This document shows positions 41,854 through 50,503 of a stretch of 64,000 bases of DNA, one piece after another; positions within the stretch are counted from its first letter, which is position 1; each line of letters begins with the position of its first letter. A program made the position numbers and the translations under genes. The notes below the pieces were generated by a model. The model did no database searches, had not been told where the DNA came from, and saw only the letters and a program-made list of their open reading frames with translations. This stretch comes from an uncultured Gammaproteobacteria bacterium (GTDB lineage Bacteria; Patescibacteriota; Patescibacteriia; UBA2196). The stretch lies in assembly GCA_964522515.1 (NCBI GenBank), contig CAZFWC010000001.1:14536-78535 (forward strand). Reading direction: 5' to 3'.

Positions 41854-42609
41854 TTATTTATTTTTTAAATATATTTTTTCAATTATTTCTAAACTTTTTT
41901 CAATAATTAATATTTTCTCAAACTTCAAAAGATCCAAAACATTTAAACTGTCTGCTGTTGTGATTTTAATTCCTTGCAAATTTTTTCCTGCGCTAAATAT
42001 TTTTCTGTCTGCTTTTTCTAAAATAATTAATAATGATAATTTGTAATTTTTAATGTCAAAATTGCGCTTTCCCTCCTTCGCTCCCTGAGTGTCCTTTATC
42101 ACTTCGGCGGGCAAGCTTTTAGTTTTTTTTGTTTTCTTTTCAATCTCTTTAATATTTATTATACTTTTTAAATTTTTCAAAATTTCAACAAATTCTTTTG
42201 TTTTACCTTCAGCTAAATTTAATTTGTCTAATAAAATAAATAAATTATTGTTTACTTTATCAGACAAACACATAAATAATGCTTTTGTTTTTTGTTTTTT
42301 ATTAACTTTTTTAGAAAAGTTTCTGTCTTTTGTGGGTCCAAAAGTCACACCGCCCCCAACCCAAATTGGTGAACGACTTGAACCGTGTCTTGCGCGTCCA
42401 GTTCCTTTTTGTTTCCAAGGTTTTTTCCCACCACCGCGAACTTCACTTTTATCTTTTGTGTGAGCAATCGCAACTCTTGAATTTGCCATTTGCGCAACTG
42501 CGACTTGATGTACAACAGAATTTTTTATTTCAATTCCAAAAATTTTAGAATTTAATTCTAGTTCTTTTACTTTTTCTCCAAGTTGGTTGTAGATTTGTAT
42601 TTTTTTCAT
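41854..42609 (-). CDS. rplD: 50S ribosomal protein uL4 with a 45-nt insertion
   Basis: VRGGGKKPWKQKGTGRARHGS. Confidence 0.97.
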   Translation of the reverse strand: MKKIQIYNQLGEKVKELELNSKIFGIEIKNSVVHQVAVAQMANSRVAIAHTKDKSEVRGGGKKPWKQKGTGRARHGSSRSPIWVGGGVTFGPTKDRNFSKKVNKKQKTKALFMCLSDKVNNNLFILLDKLNLAEGKTKEFVEILKNLKSIINIKEIEKKTKKTKSLPAEVIKDTQGAKEGKRNFDIKNYKLSLLIILEKADRKIFSAGKNLQGIKITTADSLNVLDLLKFEKILIIEKSLEIIEKIYLKNK

Positions 42610-42709
42610 GTTAGTCATCCTGATCCCGAGTGCTCGGGAGAAGGATCTGTTTTTTTAATTATTTATTTTATTAATTTTTGGCTAATTTTAGCTAATAATA
42701 CGAATGGGC

Positions 42710-42738
42710 TTGACATTTTTTTAAAAATTTATTAAAAT
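42710..42738 (+). promoter_or_regulatory. Sigma70-like promoter antisense to the S10 operon
   Basis: TTGACA-17 nt-TAAAAT; GGAGG at 42775-42779. Confidence 0.6.
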
Positions 42739-42786
42739 TTATATAAAATAATTTACAATTTAATTAACTAAAATGGAGGCAAAAAA

Positions 42787-43002
42787 ATGGAATTAAAAGT
42801 TCGGGCAATAAAGCCTGATGATTTTAAAGAATTTAAAGAAATTTTTTCCGACAAAAAAGCAGATTACGATAATTGTTTGTTTTGTAATGAGAAAGCTACT
42901 AAAGTTACAGAATCTGCTGATAAAACTATTCAAATTCGTAGTTGCGACGAAAAAAAATGTCTAAAAATAGCTTTAAATTTTGTTTCAAAATATTCAATCT
43001 AA
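42787..43002 (+). CDS. Small hypothetical protein with four Cys (possible Zn-binding)
   Basis: CLFC...C....C; SD, promoter and hairpin at 43025-43070. Confidence 0.6.
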   Translation: MELKVRAIKPDDFKEFKEIFSDKKADYDNCLFCNEKATKVTESADKTIQIRSCDEKKCLKIALNFVSKYSI

Positions 43003-43131
43003 AAATTAATAAACTGTTTCTCTTACTCATTTCATTATTCTGCCGAGCAGGATTTGAAATGAGTTTTTTATTTTGAAAAAATTTATTTTAAAAAAAATTT
43101 ATATCTTATATCTTATATTTTATATTCTATA

Positions 43132-43887
43132 TTATTTGTTTTCTTCAACTTTTTTTTCAGTTTCCTTATTTTCTGCTTTCTCAATTTTTTTATCAGAGTT
43201 TATCTGCTTTTCATCAGTATTTTTATCAGTGATTTTCAACTCCCCTTCCCCTTGAATTAAAACTAAACTATTTCTCGCTCCCGGAACAGCGCCTTTAACA
43301 TACAAAATATTTTTTTCTTTATCAATTTTTATTATTTCTAAATTTTTAACAGTAATTTGCTCTGAACCCATATGACCTGGCATTTTTTTTCCTTTAAAAA
43401 CTCTTGCTGGATCAGTGGCGCCAATTGAACCACCTAATCTTAATTGATCTTTGTGTCCGTGGCTTGCTGGACTTCCGTGAAAACCATGGCGTCTTACAAC
43501 ACCTTGAAAACCTTTACCTTTTGAAACACCTGTTATTTTAATTTTATCTTTAATTTCAAAAGTTTCTACTGTAATTTTGTCCCCGCGTTTTAGTTTGTTG
43601 GCTCCATCGCTCTGCGTGGAACCTTCTTGTTCAGTTTTAGGATTTAATCTAAATTCTTTAAGCCAACGAAAATTTTCTAAATCTTTTAAGTGTCCTTTTA
43701 CTGCTTTTGACAAACTTTTCTTTTTATCAAATCCAATTTGCACTGCTGAATATTTATCTTTGCTGTCTTTTTTTTTAACTTGAGTAATTAAACACGGACC
43801 AGCATTAACAAGAGTGACAGGAATAACTTCACCTTTTTCATTAAAAATTTGTGACATTTCTAATTTTTTTCCTAAAATAAATTTCAT
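43132..43887 (-). CDS. rplC: 50S ribosomal protein uL3 with a 24-nt palindromic insertion
   Basis: SKGKGFQGVVRRHGF and MPGHMG. Confidence 0.98.
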   Translation of the reverse strand: MKFILGKKLEMSQIFNEKGEVIPVTLVNAGPCLITQVKKKDSKDKYSAVQIGFDKKKSLSKAVKGHLKDLENFRWLKEFRLNPKTEQEGSTQSDGANKLKRGDKITVETFEIKDKIKITGVSKGKGFQGVVRRHGFHGSPASHGHKDQLRLGGSIGATDPARVFKGKKMPGHMGSEQITVKNLEIIKIDKEKNILYVKGAVPGARNSLVLIQGEGELKITDKNTDEKQINSDKKIEKAENKETEKKVEENK

Positions 43888-44102
43888 AAAATAAAAACTG
43901 GTTACTAAAAACCAGACTAAAAAAATAAATAGTATTTTAATTTTATTTTCTTAATTTGATTTACCCTGTTAATTTAGGGTTAATTAATCTTTTTTAATCA
44001 TTTCAACGATATTGTGAACTGTCCCCGCCTAAATTTTTTTTCAAAAAACTTGGGCGGGCATCATTCATTTTATCTAAATGATATATAAAATTGCATTTTT
44101 GT

Positions 44103-44465
44103 TTACATTTTAATCTCAATATCAACACCACTTGGTAAGCTAAGATTTGATAATTGATCAATTGTTTTAGCGGTTGGATTAAAAATATCAATTAATCTTT
44201 TGTGAATTCTCATTTCAAATTGTTCGCGAGCGTCTTTGTGCACAAATGTTGAACGATTAACAGTGTATTTTTTTGTTTCAGTTGGCAAAGGCACTGGGCC
44301 TTTAACTTCAACACCTGTTTTTTTAACATTTTCAATAATTGTTCGCACAGCTTGATCAATAACTTTGTGATCGTAGGCGCGAACTTTAATGCGAACTCTT
44401 TGTTTAAATTCTTCTTCTGGTTTTGAATTGTTTTGACTTTCGTCTTTTTTAATTTTGTCTGGCAT
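44103..44465 (-). CDS. rpsJ: 30S ribosomal protein uS10
   Basis: GPVPLPT and [15 protein letters not shown]. Confidence 0.98.
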   Translation of the reverse strand: MPDKIKKDESQNNSKPEEEFKQRVRIKVRAYDHKVIDQAVRTIIENVKKTGVEVKGPVPLPTETKKYTVNRSTFVHKDAREQFEMRIHKRLIDIFNPTAKTIDQLSNLSLPSGVDIEIKM

Positions 44466-44472
44466 TTAATTT

Positions 44473-44886
44473 TTAAATTGTTGCTAATTCTTGTTTTAAA
44501 AAATCTAAAGTTTGTGTTTGTTTTTTAGTTTGCTTTCCAGGAATTTTTTTAATAGCTTCTATTATTAATAAAATAACTTCTTTTAATTTATTTCTGTCTT
44601 TAATAACTCCACTTTCTATTAATTCCTGTAGTTTATTTAATTTTTTGTCAAGATAATCTTTTGTCACAATTTCGCCACTTAAACCAGCTGAAAAGTTGTT
44701 AAATTCTTCTTTAAAAGTATCCTTGGTCACTGTTACTTCTTTTAAGTCTTCTATTTTTTTATCCATTCTTTTTTCTAAACTTTCTAAATCATCTTTAGTT
44801 GCTAAAACAGGAAACAAAACTTCTTCAGCAAATTGTCCCAAAATTTCTAAAGTTAATGGTTTTTGTAATTCTTTTTTGTTTGACAT
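44473..44886 (-). CDS. Hypothetical coiled-coil protein
   Basis: Repeated (A/V)TKD motifs; co-oriented between tuf and rpsJ. Confidence 0.6.
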   Translation of the reverse strand: MSNKKELQKPLTLEILGQFAEEVLFPVLATKDDLESLEKRMDKKIEDLKEVTVTKDTFKEEFNNFSAGLSGEIVTKDYLDKKLNKLQELIESGVIKDRNKLKEVILLIIEAIKKIPGKQTKKQTQTLDFLKQELATI

Positions 44887-44996
44887 TTAATTTTTATTTT
44901 AATTTCCCAATTTTATCTCCAATATTTCTGCGTTTAATCCGCGAGTTTAGAAACAAAATTAGAAATCCCGATTTAAAAAACCGAGATTTCGTAAAC

Positions 44997-46199
44997 TTAT
45001 TTTATAATTTTAGTAACAACACCAGCGCCAACAGTGTGACCGCCTTCACGAATCGCAAATTTAAGTTTTTCTTCCAAAGCAATTGGTTGAATTAATTTAA
45101 CTTTTAAATTAACAGTGTCGCCCGGCATTACCATTTCTGTTCCTTCTGGCAATTCAATATCACCGGTTACATCAGTTGTTCTAATATAAAATTGCGGTTT
45201 GTATCCTTTCATAAAAGGAGTGTGTCGTCCGCCTTCTTCTTTTGTTAAAATATAAATTTCAGCTTCAAATTCAGTGTGTGGAGTAATTGATCCTGGTTTT
45301 GCTAAAACTTGTCCGCGTAAAATATCTTCTTTTTTAGTTCCACGAAGTAAAATTCCAGCGTTGTCACCAGCTCTGCCTTCATCAAGTGACTTGTTAAACA
45401 TTTCAATTCCAGTTACAACAGTTTTTGCTGTGTCTTTTAAACCAACAATTTCAATTTCATCATTTAATTTAACAATTCCTCTTTCAATTCTACCAGTTGA
45501 AACAGTTCCACGACCTTCAATTGAGAAAACATCTTCAACAGGCATTAAGAAAGGTTTTTCAGTGTCTCGTTTTGGTTCTGGAATGTAAGAATCAAGTTTG
45601 TCCATTAATTCCAAAATTGATTTGTAATTTTCATCATCTTTGTTTCCAGCTTGAGCTGCTTCTAAAGCTTTAAGAGCAGATCCTTTAATAAATGGGATTT
45701 CGTCACCTGGAAATTCATATTTTTTTAAAAGATCTTTGATTTCTTCTTCAACTAAATCAATTAATTCAGGATCATCAACTTGATCTGTTTTGTTTAAATA
45801 AACAACAATTGAAGGAACACCAACTTGGCGAGCAAGTAAAATGTGTTCACGAGTTTGAGGCATTGGACCGTCAGCAGCAGACACAACTAAAATTGCACCA
45901 TCCATTTGAGCAGCGCCGGTAATCATATTTTTAATGTAATCTGCGTGACCTGGACAATCAATGTGAGCGTAGTGTCGTTTGTCAGTTTCGTATTCAACAT
46001 GAGCTGTGTTAATTGTAATTCCACGAGCTTTTTCTTCAGGCGCGTTGTCGATTTCATTTAGACTTTTATTTTGCGCAGTTTTACCTTCAGCATTAAGAAC
46101 TGCAAGGATTGCCGCAGTTAAAGTTGTTTTACCGTGATCAACATGACCAATTGTGCCAATGTTAACATGCGGTTTTGTTCGTTCGAATTTTTCAGCCAT
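44997..46199 (-). CDS. tuf: Elongation factor Tu
   Basis: GHVDHGKTT and DCPGHADY. Confidence 0.99.
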   Translation of the reverse strand: MAEKFERTKPHVNIGTIGHVDHGKTTLTAAILAVLNAEGKTAQNKSLNEIDNAPEEKARGITINTAHVEYETDKRHYAHIDCPGHADYIKNMITGAAQMDGAILVVSAADGPMPQTREHILLARQVGVPSIVVYLNKTDQVDDPELIDLVEEEIKDLLKKYEFPGDEIPFIKGSALKALEAAQAGNKDDENYKSILELMDKLDSYIPEPKRDTEKPFLMPVEDVFSIEGRGTVSTGRIERGIVKLNDEIEIVGLKDTAKTVVTGIEMFNKSLDEGRAGDNAGILLRGTKKEDILRGQVLAKPGSITPHTEFEAEIYILTKEEGGRHTPFMKGYKPQFYIRTTDVTGDIELPEGTEMVMPGDTVNLKVKLIQPIALEEKLKFAIREGGHTVGAGVVTKIIK

Positions 46200-46399
46200 T
46201 TTATTTATGATTTGCTAACAACCTTTCCCTAAAGGGAAAGTTTTCTCCAGTTGTTAGAGTTAATTTTTTTATTAATTAAATTTTAACAGATGCTAAAAAT
46301 AATGTCAAACAACAAACCCAAAGTTCAAAGTTAAAAGCTCAAAAAAATATCAAATACTAAATATTAAATTTTTAAATAAAATTTTTTCTAAAAGAACAA

Positions 46400-46458
46400 G
46401 GAGCCTGTCCGCCGTAGCTAGAGTTTTTTAGGATTGGGGGCGTAGGCGGATTAGGCGA
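46400..46458. repeat. Right-arm palindromic unit
   Basis: ggagcctgtccgccgtagc...gcgtaggcgga-ttaggcga, abutting a stop codon. Confidence 0.85.
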
Positions 46459-47094
46459 TTAATAAACTGCTTCTTCCTCAAATTCATTTTCTATTTCTTC
46501 ATCATTATTTTCATCAATATCTTTTTCATCAAACGAAACATCAATAATTGGTTTTTCTTCTGTTCTAAAAAAATCTGAGGCTGTTACATCTGGTGGAGGT
46601 GGAATATCTTCGTATTTAATTGGTTCTGTTTCAGAATTGTCTTTTAAATTATCAAATTTTAAATCATTGTTTTTTATTTCATCTGCGTCCAAATCATATT
46701 TAGGTGCAGTAAAATCCTCTTCCTCTTCCTCATCTTCATTTTCATTTTCGTAATCATCTTCTTCCCAATTATTATTTTTAAAATCTTTTTTTTCATCTTC
46801 ATCTTCCCAAGGTCTGTAATCTAATTCAGGTTTATCAAATTCAGATTTAAATGGATCTTCAATTTCTAATTCGTCTTCTTGTTCTGGATGTTCTTGTTTC
46901 CAAATTGAAATATCACGATCAATTTGGTTTAACATTTCTTTTTCGTTTAAATTTTTAATATTGTCCGCATTTTCAATAATTTTTTCATAATCTGAAAAAG
47001 GCATTAAAACTAAATTTGTATTATTGTTTTCATCCACAATAATAATTTTGTCATTTGTTTTTTTAACTAAGTTGATGATTTTGTCTAGGTTCAT
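46459..47094 (-). CDS. Hypothetical protein with acidic low-complexity C-terminus
   Basis: 211-aa ORF, D/E-rich. Confidence 0.65.
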   Translation of the reverse strand: MNLDKIINLVKKTNDKIIIVDENNNTNLVLMPFSDYEKIIENADNIKNLNEKEMLNQIDRDISIWKQEHPEQEDELEIEDPFKSEFDKPELDYRPWEDEDEKKDFKNNNWEEDDYENENEDEEEEEDFTAPKYDLDADEIKNNDLKFDNLKDNSETEPIKYEDIPPPPDVTASDFFRTEEKPIIDVSFDEKDIDENNDEEIENEFEEEAVY

Positions 47095-47111
47095 AAAATT
47101 ATTTTATTATT

Positions 47112-47378
47112 TTAAAAATTTCGAATTTTTCTTAAAAGATCGTGTGGACCGACTTTTACTAAAAAACAAATATTATTAATAACTTTAAAAATAAATCTGT
47201 AATTTCTGGTTACTCTGCCTTCCCAGGTATTAACAAGACCTTTTATTTTTTTAATTTGCAAAGATGGATGTCTGAAATTAACAGTAAATAAAGCCAATTG
47301 TTTTTTAGTCTGAATTTTAATTTCATTAGGTAATTTTAAAAAATCTTTATCAAAACTTTTTGTGGTTTTAATTTCCAT
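47112..47378 (-). CDS. RelE/ParE-superfamily toxin
   Basis: F.KDF.KL, HPSL..KKI, RV..NYRFIF, VGPHD. Confidence 0.8.
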   Translation of the reverse strand: MEIKTTKSFDKDFLKLPNEIKIQTKKQLALFTVNFRHPSLQIKKIKGLVNTWEGRVTRNYRFIFKVINNICFLVKVGPHDLLRKIRNF

Positions 47379-47778
47379 ATTTTAAAGAATCTAAATAATT
47401 GATTAATTCATCAGCACTTTTATAAGATTGCGAAACTCTGCCTACTTTTATATCTCTTTCTGATTCTCGCATTCCTGTTTGCCATTCTTCTGTCCAAAAA
47501 TATTTTTGATCAGAATCAATTAATCCAGATTTACTAGCTGTTTCAATTTCTTCATTATTTAAACTTTTTGAATTTAAAATATTGTTATTAATAGTTTTAA
47601 TTTTATTTTTAGCTAATTTTAATACTCTTTGTTCCTGATCATTTAGTTTTAATCCTGTTTTTTTTAAAAGTGATAATTTGAATTTAGCTAATTTATTCAT
47701 TAATTTTTCTATTTCTTTAACTGTTTCCATTTCTATTGAAGTTTGAGAAGTTTGAATTGTGGTTGATTGTAAAGACAT
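47368..47778 (-). CDS. Putative antitoxin
   Basis: DQKYFWTEEWQ..E.DI..GR motif; overlaps the toxin start. Confidence 0.65.
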   Translation of the reverse strand: MSLQSTTIQTSQTSIEMETVKEIEKLMNKLAKFKLSLLKKTGLKLNDQEQRVLKLAKNKIKTINNNILNSKSLNNEEIETASKSGLIDSDQKYFWTEEWQTGMRESERDIKVGRVSQSYKSADELINYLDSLKYGN

Positions 47779-48020
47779 ATTTTTTTTAATTTTATTTCCT
47801 GTGTTTATTTTATAAAAATATAAAAAATCTGTCAAATGCTTTATTCAACTAAGAACTAACAAATAAAATTTAACAAAATTTTATCTAACATTAGCCGTTT
47901 TAAAAAAGTCAAGTGCTAATAAAAAATAAATTAAATAATTAAAAAGGCTTTTTGATATTTTGCTTTTTATTTAGTTGAGTGTATAATAAAAATGAGGTGA
48001 TAATAATTAAAAATAAAATT

Positions 48021-49490
48021 ATGGAAAACAGAACACTTTATTTTGGCGACAATTTAGAAATTTTAAAAGAAAAAATTCCTGATGAAGTTTTTGATTTGAT
48101 TTATCTTGATCCGCCTTTTAATTCCAATCGCAACTACAATGTCATTTTTAAAGAAGGACTGATGGATAGCGAAGCGCAAATTCAAGCATTTGAAGATTCT
48201 TGGCATTGGACACCAGAAACTAAAAAAACATTTGATTATTTGGTAAGAAAAACCAATGATGGAATTTCAAATTTAATGCAGGCTTTGGAAAAAATGATTG
48301 GCAATAATGATATGCTGGCGTATTTAACAATGATGACAGTGCGATTGATTGAATTGCATCGAGTTTTAAAAAAAACCGGCAGTTTATATTTACACTGCGA
48401 CCCAACAGCAAGTCATTATTTAAAACTCGTTTTGGATGTGATTTTTGGAAAAGATAAATTTAGAAATGAGATAGTGTGGTGGTATCACGATCCTTCTGGT
48501 ACAACTTTAAATAAGTTTAAAAGGAAGCATGATATAATATTCTTTTATACCAAATCCGATGATTATATTTTTAATGCAGATGCAGTTAGGACTCCTTATA
48601 CAGAAAGCACTTTAAAGCAAGGTGAAAGAGGGACAATTTCTTTTGGAAGACCAACCAAAACTCATCCTCTAGGGAGAGTATGTGAAGATGTTTGGGAAAT
48701 ACCAATAATTAATTCTATGTCTAAAGAACGGCTTGGCTATCCTACCCAAAAACCAGAAATGCTTTTGGAAAGAGTTATCAGGGCATCATCAAAAGAAGGT
48801 GATTTAATTTTAGATCCATTTTGTGGTTGTGGCACAACTGTTTCTGTGGCAGAAAGATTAGACAGAAAGTGGGTTGGTATTGATATTACAATGTTAGCTA
48901 TAAATCTTATTAAGAAAAGAATGAGAGAGCAGTTTGAAGATAAAAATATAAAAATAAATATTGATGGTTTGCCAAAAGATTTATCTGGTGCATTGGCTTT
49001 GGCAAAAAAGGATAGATTTGAATTTGAATATTGGGCATTAAGTTTAATTGATGCAATGCCAGCAAAAAGTAAAAGCAAAGAAAATATGCGAGGCGCTGAC
49101 AAAGGTATTGACGGCACACTAGCACCAATTACCGGCGTTAAAAATGGCAATATGCAATATGGCAGAATTTTAATTCAAGTAAAAAGTGGTGGTGTAAAAC
49201 GAAATGATATTGCCACACTCAAAGGAGATATTGAAAGAGAAAAAGCAATTGGTGGTGTTTTTGTCACTTTAGAAAAACCAAGTAAGCCAATGTTGGAAGA
49301 GGCAGTTTTATCCGGAGAATATACTGTTGAATTTTTTAAAGGTGAATTTCCTAAAGTACAAATTTTAACCATAGAAGAATTGTTGCACGGGAAAAAATTA
49401 AATTTGCCATTATGGTCAAAAGAATATCATAAAAAAGCAAAAAAAGTTGAAATTGAAAAAAATAAATTTCAGGTGGGATTGGGGGTGTAG
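48021..49490 (+). CDS. N6/N4 DNA methyltransferase with C-terminal Mrr-like endonuclease domain
   Basis: YLDPPF, YPTQKP, DPFCGCGT; D.GIDG...IQVKSG. Confidence 0.85.
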   Translation: MENRTLYFGDNLEILKEKIPDEVFDLIYLDPPFNSNRNYNVIFKEGLMDSEAQIQAFEDSWHWTPETKKTFDYLVRKTNDGISNLMQALEKMIGNNDMLAYLTMMTVRLIELHRVLKKTGSLYLHCDPTASHYLKLVLDVIFGKDKFRNEIVWWYHDPSGTTLNKFKRKHDIIFFYTKSDDYIFNADAVRTPYTESTLKQGERGTISFGRPTKTHPLGRVCEDVWEIPIINSMSKERLGYPTQKPEMLLERVIRASSKEGDLILDPFCGCGTTVSVAERLDRKWVGIDITMLAINLIKKRMREQFEDKNIKINIDGLPKDLSGALALAKKDRFEFEYWALSLIDAMPAKSKSKENMRGADKGIDGTLAPITGVKNGNMQYGRILIQVKSGGVKRNDIATLKGDIEREKAIGGVFVTLEKPSKPMLEEAVLSGEYTVEFFKGEFPKVQILTIEELLHGKKLNLPLWSKEYHKKAKKVEIEKNKFQVGLGV

Positions 49491-49509
49491 TAATTGTGGA
49501 TAACTCAAC

Positions 49510-49538
49510 TTGACAAATTTTTTTAAAAAATTTATAAT
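49510..49538 (+). promoter_or_regulatory. Consensus sigma70 promoter
   Basis: TTGACA-17 nt-TATAAT. Confidence 0.75.
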
Positions 49539-49768
49539 TATGTTGAAACCTATGCTCGTCTTCATTTTTAATTTGAGCATGGGTTTTTAAATTAAAAAGG
49601 CGACGATGCCGTTCGCCAATTTGCAAAAAATATATGCAGGATTTTTACAGAGGAGCGGACGCATTGTAAAATGCTATTTTTCCGCTTCTTTTTAATTTGT
49701 CAAAAGTCGTTTTAAATTAATATTTATTATTATGCCTGTATTAGGATAACAATAAATAAAATAAAAAT

Positions 49769-50080
49769 ATGGCTAAAAATAAAAAGCAAGGCACAAAGAT
49801 AGCAATTACATTTCCTGATAAAATTCAGGTGGATTTAGTTCCAGCAAATGACTTAAAACTTTATGAAAGATTTCAATGGTTGATTGTTTTATTGGCGCCA
49901 ATATCAGCTAGTTTTTTTACCGCATATTTTACAGATGTCAACAAGACGGATTCTTTATTGTGGAGTGCTATAATATTTGCGATAGTTTCAATAATTTTTA
50001 TATTTTTTGCTTTTAGTCATCGTAAAAAAATATTTAACGGAAAAATATTGCGAGAAAAATCATTAGATGATTTTAATTAA
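49769..50080 (+). CDS. Two-TM hypothetical protein
   Basis: Two hydrophobic helices. Confidence 0.65.
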   Translation: MAKNKKQGTKIAITFPDKIQVDLVPANDLKLYERFQWLIVLLAPISASFFTAYFTDVNKTDSLLWSAIIFAIVSIIFIFFAFSHRKKIFNGKILREKSLDDFN

Positions 50081-50108
50081 AAAAATAATTAATTAAATTT
50101 AAAAATAT

Positions 50109-50345
50109 ATGCAAAAAAGAAAAGCAACTAAAACTCAAATTAAAAAAGAAAGAAATCCAAAAAAAGTTAAAAAAGTAATCAAACAAAAAGGATATCCGTC
50201 TGGTAAATTGCCAAAAACTAAAGTTTTACATCATCTTAAAACTGTTGCAATTGGCGGAAAAACAACAAAGAAAAATACAAGAATTGTTTCTGTTCGAAAA
50301 CATAAAAAGATTCATAAAAATAGAAACAAAAGAGGAAAAATTTAA
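50109..50345 (+). CDS. Small basic HNH-motif protein
   Basis: HH......GG.....N........H...H pattern. Confidence 0.6.
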   Translation: MQKRKATKTQIKKERNPKKVKKVIKQKGYPSGKLPKTKVLHHLKTVAIGGKTTKKNTRIVSVRKHKKIHKNRNKRGKI

Positions 50346-50349
50346 TTTA

Positions 50350-50381
50350 AAAACCTCAGAGTTTTATTTCTGGGTTTTTTA
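50350..50381 (+). terminator. Intrinsic terminator
   Basis: aaaacctcagag...ttctgggtttttt. Confidence 0.55.
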
Positions 50382-50503
50382 TTTTTAAAAAATTTAAAAC
50401 ATAAGTCAAATGCAATTTTTCAGTATTTGTGGTTTGAACAAAATGGCTCCACCCAAGAGGGACGGAGCCAACTCTAAAAGCCGTTCGGGATGACAGCTGT
50501 GCT

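Noticed and set aside
49351-49626. 91-aa minus-strand ORF
   Set aside because: Overlaps the methyltransferase 3' end and a consensus plus-strand promoter; no recognisable motif
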